DNA of 64,000 nt from Guillardia theta CCMP2712 (taxonomy: Eukaryota > Protista > Cryptophyta): the NCBI RefSeq assembly GCF_000315625.1, contig NW_005434662.1:216307-280306 (forward strand). The letters run 5' to 3'. The notes under the pieces were generated by a model. It worked only from the letters and a program-made list of their open reading frames with translations, had not been told where the DNA came from and did not search any database. The translations under genes and the position numbers were made by a program. This document shows, piece by piece, positions 1 through 12,420 of this stretch (position 1 is the stretch's first letter; each line of letters starts with the position of its first letter).

Positions 1-1179
1 CGGCTCGATGTAATTCCTGGTTTCCCCCACCTGGTTTCAGGGTTTCAAATGTCGCTTTATCAACCAGCAGAGTGGCATCGCTCACATTTGAACGTAAAGG
101 TGTCATGTTGTGATATTGCAGCGGCTGTGTCAATCTTCCGCCGCCTGCCGAGCAGATCAAATGAATTTTCTATGAGCACACAAGACTACTTGGAGGCCCT
201 TGCATCATCGGACGTTGAGATCCTCTCAGATCAGGGGCATGGGACTCCATGCCATCGACGCGACTTGCTCGAATCTGGATTCATGCGCTTACCAATGGAC
301 GACAAAGCTCGCGCTTACCGGAACATTCTGTTGTAGTTGCCCGGGAATCGAAGGAACACCATAAGGATATCCAACATGGTGGTTGTAGACGTTTTGAGGA
401 GGGAGGTTTGCGTAGACGAAGGGTTGATTGTAGGAATACATCCTCCAACAACCTCGATATCACAGTCCTCTTTCTATGTGCCACCAGACACCTATGCAGC
501 CGTCAACTTTCCCCCGACATCTCTCTTCCCGGAAAAAACATCAACATCAAGACTGACATCTTTGGATCAATTCCTGTTGTCTATCACTATCGCAAAAAGT
601 TCGGTAAACTCTAAAAATTCGGATAACCGATGATAAGAACGAGCTTTTGTTCCTTCTTCACATTAGAAACGCTTCTGCATATTCCTCAATTGTGATCTAA
701 CAAAAATTAAATTCGATCTATGCCCCATGCTATGTATCTCCAAACGAAATAAGTGCCTTTCCCGTCTTCTTCTAGGCCAAATCAATATGTTTACGATAAT
801 CCCTCGCACCAAAATCAAGCTCTTTTTGTCCCCATTTCATTCCTTTCCATCGCACTTAACATGCGCTAATTTTTGACATGCTCTTTCCGTCTCCGATGAT
901 CACTCGCTTCTCATACATTGCCATCAATGCCATTCACCTCCCTTCCAGTCTCCTTCCCGAATGATCCCTTCGCGTCTCTGTCGATCTCTCTCCTTGGACA
1001 CATCATCCTTCCTGCTATCCTAACAAGTCATCTCTTGTTGGCTGCATGATTCCTTTTATGCATCTTCTTTCCTGTCTTTGCTTTCCTCTCCTCCCTCCTC
1101 TACAGCCCTCGTCCTTCCCTGCCGAATCTCCACGCCATACTTGAGTACACAATAGCACCCACCCTGTTCAAATCCATAG

Positions 1180-1560
1180 TAAAATGGGGTGCTGCTGCTC
1201 TTGAGACGACGGGGGTAGTCAAAATTGCACGGGGTCCTTGACTTAGAAATGGTGGGGTACATTTCCTCCAGCAGGGTAGGTAAGTGCAGGGGTACTGTGT
1301 TTCATGATAGGGTAGGGTAGTGGCAATGGGGTATAATGGGCAATGACGCTGAGATTTGGAAAACCAGTAGGTGGGGTGGTTCCAAAATAGCGTACATACA
1401 GGGTACCTACTGGTACCCTACCCCTGCCTTAATTCATTTCACCCCAGCCCCCTCGATTGACCCTTCATACCACCCTTGCTGTCTAATTTAACACTTCCAC
1501 CCCGTCCAGGAACAGTCCCGAGTAGCGACAGAGGGGGTCCTGGACTAGCCTAGGGGTCCT
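1180..1560. promoter_or_regulatory. GGGGTA/GGGTAG-rich intergenic tract with G-to-C skew switch at a hairpin
   Basis: Many ggggta/gggtag words at 1185-1405, then agggtacc-tact-ggtaccct (1400-1419), then C-rich mirror words. Purine-rich leaders point outward on both sides. Confidence 0.5.
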
Positions 1561-2531
1561 CGAATGACATTTTGTACTTTACACAGAACTGGCGCTGTTC
1601 CGTCTGAAGAACAATTTGGACAAGCGGTTGCCAATGGTGCACCACGAGATCGAAAGGGAAGGGAGCGAGCGAAGAGCAAGAAGTGCGGTCGTAGGACGAG
1701 AACTGAGGAGGATAGAAGTTGACTTGGAAGTATCATGCAGGTGTGGTAGAGTGACGAGCAGGAAAGAGGAGAGGAGAGGAGAGGAGAGGAGAGGAGGGAA
1801 GAGCTGTGAAGAAGGGAGATCAGTGGAATAGAGATTGCAGAATAAGCAAGTGAGAAGCGACCTCGGTTACAAGTACAAACAGGGAGGTGAGAGATTTGGT
1901 CAGGCTGATTCGTTTTGCCAGCAGAAAGTCCGCGAGGGAGGAGGTGGATAGCGAAAGGAGGGCCAAGGGGAATAAGCCCAGGTGACAAGCTTTGCATGAA
2001 ATTATTACCAAGAGTTGGGTCAGAAACATGGGAAGCCCCTTGGTAGGATGTATGGGTGCTGGTGTCTAGACTCTGGATCGAAGCTATTGTGCAAAGTACC
2101 GTGGGCTGAAGAGGAACGACCGCGATCGCAAGAGGAAATCAACACGGGACCGCAACACTCCAGTTTCCTGAATAGAGAAAGACCTTGGTAAGTTGCAACC
2201 GTCCCTGTGGGCAGAAAGATTGAGTCAATTGCTTGTGTACAGTTTTGCATGTTTGAACGACCTGATTCTTGGACGCTTCAAATTTGTATCGCTGGGTCAT
2301 TTTTGACTCTTTGAGCGACTTGCACCCTGGTGGAAACGATCTTAGGCGATGACTGAGGTGATATTTGAATGATGCATGCGAAGCTGAACCCCCTTTCAAA
2401 GGTTATCAATGAAAATCGTGCCGATGACGACATACCAAGCGACCATTCACGTTGTTTTTGTTGTTTTCTCCCTTGCATCCGGTCTGCCTCGTCCTGGACT
2501 TTTTCTTGCCCTAATAATCTGTTTATGAAGT

Positions 2532-3838
2532 GTGCAAACACGGTCAAGAAGGGTGTTGGATTCCAGTGTGCAGATGACCAATAGTTCCAAAGATATCAAA
2601 TCTGTAATTTATGTCTTTGTTTGGTTTAGTGGACTAACTTGCTCCTCCTCCCTTTCTTTCTGCCCTTGTCGTTCATTCTTTTTGTGGACACTTGCTGGAC
2701 ACTTCTTCGTTTTCTCCTTTTCTTGATTCGACTCCTTTTCCTTGGCTCTACAGAAACCTACTCCTCTACTCGTCGACAAGAGCGATGAGCTGACAGAGCA
2801 TCACAAATATTTTTGTCCTATTTGCATGTACTATCTTGCGGATATGCAGGTGTTTGAAACAACACGTTGCATTGCATCTCTGAAATCGCATATCACAGAA
2901 AACCAAGTGCTGTGGACATCATATTTGTCTCGATTGTGTAAAAGCGATGAAGAATCATAAAGTTTCTCAACAAGGGGGACTGGAAACGGCACAGGATGTC
3001 GAAGAGTATACCTTCACATTTATGTTGTGAATTTCGCTACTCACATTATGCTTTGCTGCAGCACTGTGGTGTCCTGCCCCCATTGTTCCTGTCCAGTTCT
3101 GTAAGATATTTCATTTTCAAATCTTTCTGTGTGTTCTTACGCTATCTCAGGAAATTCGAAAAGATCCGCACGCATGAGGAATCCAGGAGATACGAAGACT
3201 CGCCTGCCCTCCATCCGGACTCCAAGGGGAGCAGGAAGCTAACGCCTGGCTTGCAACAAGTTGCTCCTTCACCTCTTAAAGTTGGCCCTTGGCTTTCCCA
3301 CATGTGTCAAAGTGTCTGAAGACAATCACTCAGGTGGGAGACAGTCACGAGAATATGATGAGAAAGCTGATTACCTTCGATCAATGCGGCATCAACATCA
3401 AAGGTTTCGTCGTTGACATCTCTCCTTTCTTTCCTCATCCGAGGCTTTGCCTTCAGGACAAATGAATTCTCCAACGATCCAGGAGGGCAGCGCAGATGTA
3501 CCCTCGCTACCGGGCGTGCCAATTCCTGTAATGCACTTACCATCACCGATGAGAAGAATCAGTGACGTTTCTTTGCCAGCCTTTGCCCGAGGATCAGTTG
3601 CGAGTCAGCGAGTCGGGCGAGGCTCGCAGACTAGAGCAGAGGCTTTTCCTGGACGATGGTCCGGTTTCAGAAGCCACGAGAGGTAGGAATCTGCCGCGCC
3701 CGCATTCCGAGGACGGGGACTAAATTTTGAAATGCAGCCGCCTCAGAAGCTGAGGTTCAATCGCCGCAGGACAATGCTTCTGCAAGGCCCCCAAGACCAT
3801 CGTCCTCTCCCTCTTTAACGTCACCACCGCCAGAGTAA
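2532..3838 (+). CDS. RING-finger (C3HC4-type) protein, multi-exon; true start probably further upstream (~2030-2370)
   Basis: Spliced exons read YFCPICMYYLADMQ|KTKCCGHHICLDCVKAMK...|VVSCPHCSCPV, giving C-x2-C...C-x-H-x2-C-x2-C...C-x2-C. Low-complexity S/P-rich tail ends at TAA ~3836-3838. Confidence 0.75.
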
Positions 3839-4141
3839 CCTAGTAATGGAGAACGACGCTGCCGGTGTTTCTTGTGTATATACATTCGAGATTTGTAAAG
3901 AAACGTATCATATTGGATCCCTGACGCGAGGATGGTTGGTTGTTTTCTTAGCACATACGGTAGGAAAGTCAAATTAAGCTATGTCAATGGAAAGATATCC
4001 CCTTCCGCACGTTTGCATATACATTCGCCTTGCAAGATTACAACTGAAAACTGAGCCCAATCACGCCCAACAGCGAGTTTACTAATAAATCACAATGCAG
4101 TTTCGACGTAATTTGTTCTCTTCCTCCCTCTTCGACCCAAA

Positions 4142-4555
4142 TTAGGTGGACTCGATGGGGTTAGTGTACTGCCAGGAGCATTAGGCTCGGACAAACAACA
4201 AAACTGCAGTCTTACCGTGCCCCACAAGTGCTGAACGGGGGGATCCCAGTACTGTCAACCATGTCAGATGCTGTCACAGATGATCTAGGAAAATCCTACA
4301 GTTCCCCAGAAATCTCTTCTTGGAACACCATCCTCCATGGTCAAACGGTCCTCGCGATCAGTGATTGCGGCCTGAATGCACATGTCAACGTTGAAGGATC
4401 CACTTCCATCTCTCACCCAGTGAGGAACTGGAAAGATCCCGGGGGGAGGAGTGAAAACCGAAAGCAACTGGAAGACAGTGTTAGGCTTGTTAAGCTTTCA
4501 AACCCCTTCGATGAGGAGCTCAAGTTGCAACAAACACAGCCCCAGTAGCGAACAT
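4142..4555 (-). CDS. Small (~67 aa) five-exon hypothetical protein
   Basis: GT-AG splicing gives MFATGA|LLSVFTPPPGIFPVPHW|AAITDREDRLTMEDGVPRRDFWGT|YWDPPVQHLWGT|YTNPIEST*, with all introns phase 0. The first exon is uncertain. Confidence 0.5.
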
Positions 4556-5059
4556 GACTTGAAAATCTACTCCTTTCCCAAGAGATATTTTCACTTCGGC
4601 ATAATGCCTGTGCACAAGCTTCTCTGACTAGATCTCTCTCAACTGTTCTTAACACAAAAATTTGAGATCTATTCTTACTTCTCTTCACACAGTCACCATT
4701 TCCCATCACCTGATGCAAAACAAAACATGTTTTGCAAGCTCCCCCTCGCTTCCACTCCCAAATATTTCTCAATGTGATGGGAGCTTTTGCTTGTAGCCTT
4801 CTTCACCTCTCCCATTCGACATACTTCTACATCATACAGTCATGGTCTCTTTGTCTTCATTCTGCCATCAATGCTCTCTTCCGCTCCTCCTTCCTCTACC
4901 TCTCATTCTGTTCCAACCACAACAATCCTCCGCTATGTTCCCCTGATCCGTTCATTCCTTTCTCATCGTCGTGCACCGAGCATCTTGTCTTGCTCCTTCA
5001 GCTTACCTGGAACATGAGAACGCTGCTCTATTTCCGGAATCGTGCTCCTCGTCCCATCT

Positions 5060-5400
5060 CTTACCCGGGACCCGGCCACTGGCCCAGCCTCCGCCACTGG
5101 CCCGGGCACCCGGTCACTGACCACTAAGGCGGCTGGCCGCTGAGTGGCCCGGGCCCGGCTCATCGGCCGACTCTGACGCCGACTCAGCAGCGGCTCGAGG
5201 ATCATGAAGGGGATGAGTTGTTCAGGACCGAGGAGAACCATGTAAGCCACCGTGGGAACCAGCGACAAGGCGCGCACTGACTTGAACAATGTGACTGCCA
5301 GGCTACTACTCAGGGCCGCCGTCACCGGGCCGCGGGCCCGCCCGGCCGGGCGGGTGGCGCCGCACTGATATTAGGCGGGCCCGCCGCGACCAGCCATACT
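5060..5400. other. GC/CCGG-rich intergenic island (similar islands at 30660-31230, 50440-50680, 51130-51300, 58630-58930, 62505-62570)
   Basis: Dense ccgg/ggcc/gtcac/gactc/ctgag words, non-coding, with composition sharply different from the flanks. Confidence 0.6.
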
Positions 5401-5603
5401 TCCGCTGGACTCGTTGAACTGGACAAGCAGAGCTGCAAGGACGACTGCATCAACTACAAGGGTTCGATCCACGGTAATCCATTTCCCGCAACAAGGAAAC
5501 AGTCGGAACTTGGGAGCAAAAAGATCGAGAACAATCAGGGTCATTAGCTATTCGATGGGCATTAGTGGCTAAATGCAGCAGCTGCTTAGACAACTCGTTT
5601 CAT

Positions 5604-7019
5604 CTACTCATTATCGCTGCCTCCCCTGCACGATATTGAGATCGGGATCGGCAAAGAATGACATCAGGTCAGGTACCTGCGATTCTTACTGTCTTCTTCA
5701 TCGTCTCTGCGATCCTCCTTAACATCATCTAGTCGCGAAATTACAACACTGAAATGCTCAACTTCCACGAAACTGTTCACCTTTCTCCCGGGAAGGGGAG
5801 CGATCTCGGCTGCCCTCTCGATCACGATCTCCACGCTCTAAACAGACGTCAAGAGATCGCTCTGCTTCGAGGTTGTGATGTGATAAGACCTGAAGGAGAC
5901 TTCTCACGACGATCGCGACTGTCAGAACTGTCGTGAAACCACATATGAGACCCCAGCAACACATTTTTGTGTAACAAATGGTACCGTTCTCTCCTGTCTC
6001 GAGAACGGTCACGCGATCGGTCACGCGATCTGTCGCGAGATCGGCTGCGATCACGTTTGTCCGAGCCGCCGCCACGTTCACTTTCCTGTCGGGTATCTTT
6101 TAGTCAAATCAACAATACGCACTCAAGTGTAGGTTCAAGCACACGATACAATGTACAAAGTGAGGCAAAAATGGATCCACAAGTGACAACAACAGCAACA
6201 AGAACATTAGGTTGACCTTCACAAGTCGAACTTTTGAGCGATGAAGTTCGGTTCCATCGAGCTTGTAAAGAGCGTCTTCCATGTCTTCCTGTAAACCTTT
6301 GAATGCCACTACAAGAAAGATAAGTACCATGACCCGTGTGGCATATTCAATGACTCCCAGCTTTTCACCACGCTCACTGAAGACATCGGTATAGATAACC
6401 TTCCCTGTTCACAGGTTAAAATGAAAATGAATGCCATCCAGCACTCTACCTGCTTTCCTCGCAAAATCCTTGAGGTCTTGCCAACTCGTGTTCTGGCTCA
6501 GATTTTCTGCGTAAATACGGTATCCGGAACCTCCCTATGAGTGGTATCAGTCAAGCCCTGGGCTGCCAGAAACAAAGGCAGAACTACCCGCGGGCCTCTC
6601 TTTGGAGTTTCCTTCGCGAATTCCACCAGAATTCTCATTCCTGAAGCAACAACTATGATTTGCAAAATACAATAGAGAAATACTTGCCTTCCAAGTTCAC
6701 ACCATCCATTTTGCGGACTGCGTATTCCTGGATCAGCATTAGCAGAAGTAACAAAATCTACGATCGTTCAACACCGCATCTTCTGAATGATCATACTCAA
6801 CGAACGCGAATCCTTGCTTCAGGGAAATATCCCTGCCATCCATTAAGACTAGGTCCTGGGGCCTCGGGAACAAACCTTATCTTTCCAAAACGCGAGAACT
6901 CGTCATCCAAATCCCTTTCACGTACTCGCGAGCTGGTGATAGGTTCACTGACCGGCTAAGAAAAACTCCCTATATGCTCACCTCAGGTGTCCAACATAAA
7001 CCCTACAGTTTCGACCCAT
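5604..7019 (-). CDS. Serine/arginine-rich (SR) splicing factor with RRM + pseudo-RRM + RS domain (SRSF1/4/5/6-like)
   Basis: Exons: [13 protein letters not shown]|[19 protein letters not shown]|[19 protein letters not shown]|[14 protein letters not shown]|MRILVEFAK...|[33 protein letters not shown] is the RRMH signature. RS/RD-rich region at 5760-6080. Confidence 0.93.
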
Positions 7020-8281
7020 AGCGACAGACTTGACCTTTCGAATAAGTCAGTAGAAGGATCTCATGTCTTTTCAACAAAATACGGCCATCCAGCCCACCAA
7101 TCCACTGACTAGCCGATGGAATCATCTCCTCTTTCCACGGAAAAGGAAGAAGAAAGAAAAACATAGTATTATGTCTATATTATGTCTATAGCTTGAAAAT
7201 CAATTTTGGCGATAGAATTAGCGAACGGTCTTATTATCGCTAGATTGAATTTGTACTACACAAACAGATGGTGTCCAGGAACTCTATACAACAAGTTTCG
7301 ACTTGACACAAAATTCTTCTATCTATCAACCGCATATCATGTTCAATCAGTCCTGCAAACAACTCCTCGTTTTGTTCACCTTGCTCGTCCGGACTGACAA
7401 CCACCCCGAGCGTTGACTCCCTGATTTGCCTCTGCTGTGCAGTTTGATTTCGACCTCCCTATTCACCTTGCTGGATGTGCATGCTCAAGTATCGTGTTTC
7501 GATATCGTTCGTCCCTCCTTCCATCTCCCGCTTCTCCTCCTCCCCTCCTATCGACTGCGGATCCTCTCCCCTGCATCTACCTCTGCGGCGGCGCGCGTGC
7601 ACTTTTAAAGTTAAATACTTTTATACGAGAAGATAGTACAATATTTGAACATGTAATATCAGTCATTATAATTACTTGGTACACATCGAGGGCTCTCTAG
7701 AAAATATTCCAATTATATATCGATATATATATTTATCTGTAGGGCAGCTGGTCATGGTGTACCGATTTTTACAAGCATACTTTTTGATTTTGAGCCTGCA
7801 TTTTAACAAAAAAAAAAATTGCTATTTTAAAGAAAGGAACACCATCATCCGCGGTACCAAGTCTACCACAAACGTTTGTGTAACGGGCTCTTGATGCCTG
7901 GAAATAGCCATGGCCGATATAACAAGTGTATGCGCAATTGGAACGAATGAAAGCAGCGAGAACAACATGAAGGGAGGAAAAGGAATTTAGTCACGAAAAC
8001 AAGCGACATGGTGTAATTTGCAGTATCGTGCGAAGAAGCGGATGATACCGAATGGGGGGCTTCGAATGGCGGACAGGAAATGAACTGGACAGAAGGCGAG
8101 ATTTATGGGTTTTGAGTTGCCACTTCGATGGCGCGAGAAGAAAACCAGACATTGAATACACCCTGGAATCTCCTTTGAACTGTTAAAGTGACGAGATGTC
8201 GCTGCGGTGAGTAAATGGCCTCGGTGTAAGGGCATGCCTGAGATTGCTATCAGATTCTCATCTTTCGGCGCTGGACGAAGG

Positions 8282-9330
8282 ATGATTCTGGTAGCAGCGA
8301 TCCTGGTGCTGATCTGTGCTACTGTCGATTGCAACGCTCGTGAAGGAGATGCTTCAAATGTGAGAACGTGCGAAGACTAACTTCCTGAGATCTGACCCGC
8401 TATGAAGGTGGATCTCCTTCAAAGACTCTTAGAGTTGAAGCAGCGAATACAGCGAGAACCCAGCAAGGCTCATACTTCTCATGCACCGTCTGCTATTGCC
8501 CTGGAGAGCCTTTGGTGGAAAAATCCCAGTCTAAAAGCTGGTATTTGTAACTTCAATGCCTAGATTGCACTGATCGATTGAACAGGACTCAAAAGGCTTC
8601 ACGCGCGAGATGAAATGCTTTCACAGCCAGACAACGAGGGAAATGACATCAGATTATATCGTCATGGGGTAGAAGACCCTAACTCAACAACATTCAGGGA
8701 AATCCGTGAAGCTGACAGTAAGAACCGTCGTCAAGACAAGAAACAGCTCGTTTGATCCCCATACGCAGGCATGGTCACTGAGCCCGACGATCTTGTCAAA
8801 CTGGAGGCTGAGGTCCGAGCGTTGCAGTCCAAGATCAGGATGCAAAGAGTGTTGATCAACAATTCTTCGAACGTTTCTGCAGCCGCCAAGAACATTCCTG
8901 GAGAATTCAGGTTGTTCTCACTTACGAACCTGGAATGTGTTGTACCTTGGATGATTGTGCGACTTTTGGTAGATGGATAGAAAACTGGGAACTTCATGGG
9001 GAGAAACCCGTCAATGCAAGCAATGAGACTCTGGGCATGTGGATCTGGTGTAAGAATTCGTCGGACTTTTCGAAGATCTTCTGGCGCAACGGAAGTTTGA
9101 TGGGAGCTCCGGCCATGAACGCTTCCCAGACGTTCCAGACGGTCAGAGGGTGTGTGTCAGTAGTGACGCCGGGATGGATGGACGTGGACGAGGATACGGT
9201 AAGCATCCATTCGGTATTGGCAAGAGGGGAATGAGAGTTTTTGCAGAAAGGGGACACCAAGGAGGAAGAAAAAGTAGAGGATGAAGAGATGCAGGAGATC
9301 AGGTTCTGCTGGCAGCCGTATGTGCTCTAA
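8282..9330 (+). CDS. Hypothetical protein with N-terminal hydrophobic (signal-like) segment, multi-exon
   Basis: MILVAAILVLICATVDCNAREGDASN then a GT donor. Downstream exons overlap ORFs 8771-8980 and 8935-9234. Last exon ...EIRFCWQPYVL* ends at 9330. No family recognised. Confidence 0.45.
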
Positions 9331-9438
9331 ATGTCTAATGGAAGTCTGACAGGAGAAAGAACTGGGATGAGCCGTTCATGACATACGAACCGTGATCCCG
9401 TCGACAACCTCCCTCGTTCGCTCTGACGCTGATCTGTG

Positions 9439-12300
9439 TCAGGCATCCGAGCTCTGTGGGTTGGAACAAGAAGCACTGGAAGGTGCCGTCGGCCTTATCT
9501 TGCTTCCATAACTCACGTTGTACATCCTGCAGGCTAGCGACTGGATCACTTGGAGCATGACAGGGCCGGTGAAGTGAACTTCCCGTTCCTCCTCGTAGCA
9601 TGAAATGACGTGCAGGTGCTCTCGGTCTCGTTTATGGCCTTCATTTGGTACTCTTTCGGGTGGTTCCCGAGCATGGTTGTCTTCCTCGTCTGTGCTCTTG
9701 TCGATGTGGCGACGTTTTACTGGAACTGGTAGAATATGTGAAACTAATCTGCTCCATTCGCACCTTCCTCTTTCCCATCCAGCAGGACCTTGTATGATTT
9801 GTACCGAGGCGTCCACTGCACTGTGTATTCCCGTCCTGCAGGGGCATAAGGAGAACGAGAGGCAGCAGTCTGCTTACCTCTCCACAGCCACCTCTCCTCT
9901 AGCGAAGATTCGTGCCCTTGCAACCGCTTCCCGTCCTCTAGCAGGCTGATGGGCCCTCGTCAGCACCAGCCTAAGCTCCCCATGCCTCCTCACTATTCGT
10001 ATGCTGGCGGGTAGGTGGCGTTTGGAGCCTCGAAGTTGGTTAGCCCTGGGACCTGCCATGGAGTTTGACACCCCTAGTCTGCTAGGATTGACCCACCTCT
10101 CCCACGAAACTTCGCAGGAAAGCCTTAGCGTCATCGGCAGTCACCGTCTGCCTCAGTCGTCAGAGGGGCAGAGAGTTGGCTGTAGGCTGCACCGTCTCCA
10201 CCCCTTTGCGCAGTATGATAGCCTCACGCTTCCGATACGCTTGCAGGTTGATGATGTTCCCCCTGTGTGCCGCAGCGATCAGCAGGAGGAGAGCCTTCGA
10301 AGGCGTGCAGCTGTGAGGGGGAAGTTGACTCGTCCTCACCTGCAGATGAAGACGAATCCGTCCGGTACAAGCACCAAGGTCTCGTTGTTCTTGTCGTATG
10401 GGCTCCTCTGCTCGATTCGAATCGCTTTTCCCTGCAAGGAAGTGGCTGTCCAAGTCCCACTCCTCACCTGCAACGATCAAGTGAGGGAGAAGCGACGAGG
10501 AGCTGAGGGAGTCTGGAGCACTGAGAGCGAGGCCCGGAAGGAGGAGACGAGGGAAGATTGTCGAGGAAGGGCGGGAGAAACAGATTGTACAAAGACAACT
10601 CACCACAGCATATTTGAGCAAAGAATGCTCATCATTGTCGCTCGAACATCGCAGGATATTCAGCAGCTCGGGATGAAACCTGCACGGCCATCAACTCATC
10701 TCGTGGACAAGCAGCTGCTGCACCAGTAGTCTCGGTTCTCTATCGCAAACTCAGTCACAGCAACACAACGCCTGACTACTGAGTTGTCCGTTGCCTGGAA
10801 AGTGAAACATCCCTGTCGAACATGTGAATGCGAGGATTTCAGATTCGACACTCACCCAGCTCGAATGGTACAGCTCTAATACTGTGCCGTACTTGCGGTG
10901 TCGATACCTACAAAGGCAGATGACGACATCTCGCAGAAAGCAGAGGAGGAAGACGCGATGGAGCATGTAGAGGGTAACAGGCATCTCAAGATCTCACGTT
11001 GTGTAGACATCGCCATTTTCGTTCTGCCCTTGCACAACCTGCCACTCAACCCGAGTGTGTAGACAATCGTCGAACTGTTGTAGAAGCGTCATTGTGCCGG
11101 AGGAGCTACGTCAGGAAGCATTACATTCAAGCTCAAACAATTGCCGGCCAGCCTGGAAGTGGATGTTTTGCTGCTGAACCCAGAGGTGACCGCTGCGATG
11201 GTACCGAGCAGTCCTTCCATCTGTCTTTTCTCAGCTCCAAAAGGAGGAACAGAACTCTCTCACAGGCTTGGTCGCAGCGTCAAGGGCTTCGTTGAACATC
11301 CCGCTCACGTAATCTTTGATGATGCCTGCCCCTCTGTGTCACCCGCAGGAGCTACACTAAATTTCTTGTGCACCTGCATGATCCTTGTCGAGGACTTTCA
11401 ATCCGGCCACATTTAGGCTTGACATCATGCTCGTATCAGACTGCTCGTGCCAAAAACTTCACCTGGACGCTCTCAACGCAACCCTGTGATACCTCAACTT
11501 GAGGCTTCGGGACGTCCAAGGGCGCAGACAAGCTCCGCCTGTCAGCGTCATCAGCACGAGAGGCCCATGTGGTCTGGTCAGGACACCTGAAGTTGTACTC
11601 GTGCGAGAAGGGACTTTTAGCTGGCTTGTCCTGGTCTTCGACCTTGTCGGCAGAGACAAGAGGCTCAACCGAGTCTGGAGCAAAGTACTTGAGAGGCATC
11701 CCACAACGTCTATAGAAGAACCTGCTCTCTTCGTATGATTCACGTTCTCCTCTATGATGCGCTGCACAGTTTCCTGACAGACGCAAACCACGTGAGAATT
11801 CTTCAGATTTCACGCTCGGAAGCAAGAACCGTGGAGCCTCGTGGCTCGGATGAAGCCGCCCTCCTCAGGGTCAGGTGCGGGGGAGGCTCCCATTGTGTGC
11901 TTTCAGTGTGCGAGTTGTAGTAGTATGGCAATCTGCTCATGTCGTCGAAGTATTGAAACCATCCGTTCCCTATGTCTATCGGGTCCTCTGCTACCACTTC
12001 CTGCGACTAGAGGTCAGTCCCGTTGGCCCCTTCCACAGGGTGTACGTTACCTGATCTGTGTCGATCGATGCCGATCCTCCTCGCAAGCAAGACTGTGCGG
12101 GAACTACACCTCTGGAGCATCGGATGGCGACGTTGTGCCATGCACACACAACCACCCCATGTGAATGAAGAGCGAGCACGAGGAGCAGGAGCTGGGTGGG
12201 GTAGGAGGGCATGAGCGAGAAGGGTTGACGCTTCTTCACATGAGACTCGTTGGCTGCTCTTGCTTCCCGTTCCTCTCTCCCTCCATCCTTGTCTGCATCC
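9439..12300 (-). CDS. WW-domain-containing protein, multi-exon (boundaries approximate; could be two genes)
   Basis: ORF 11803-11997: IGNGWFQYFDDMSRLPYYYNSHTESTQWEPP is a canonical WW domain. Further spliced exons run through 11459-11791, 11160-11300, 10160-10620 and 9439-9520. Confidence 0.6.
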
Positions 12301-12420
12301 TTCAGCTCATTCTTCTCCTTCCACACCCGCCGGCAGCCCCATCCCCTCTCCTCTCCCTGCCATCACTGGGCGCATCGCCTGCATGCCCCTGTCAGTTATA
12401 ACTGCTGCAATTGGGGGCGC

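Noticed and set aside
1-730. Short ORFs on both strands at the window start
   Set aside because: A gene fragment is likely, but I could not build a consistent spliced model or assign a family.
5760-6080. Dense cgatc/tcgcga repeats
   Set aside because: They are explained by the RS/RD domain codons of the SR protein.
7714-7729. 16-nt palindrome tatatatcgatatata, plus short tandem duplications at 7167-7188 and 62468-62498
   Set aside because: These are low-complexity AT-rich sequences expected by chance or slippage.
10001-10729. 242-aa plus-strand ORF
   Set aside because: It lies antisense to minus-strand exons that have proper splice sites.
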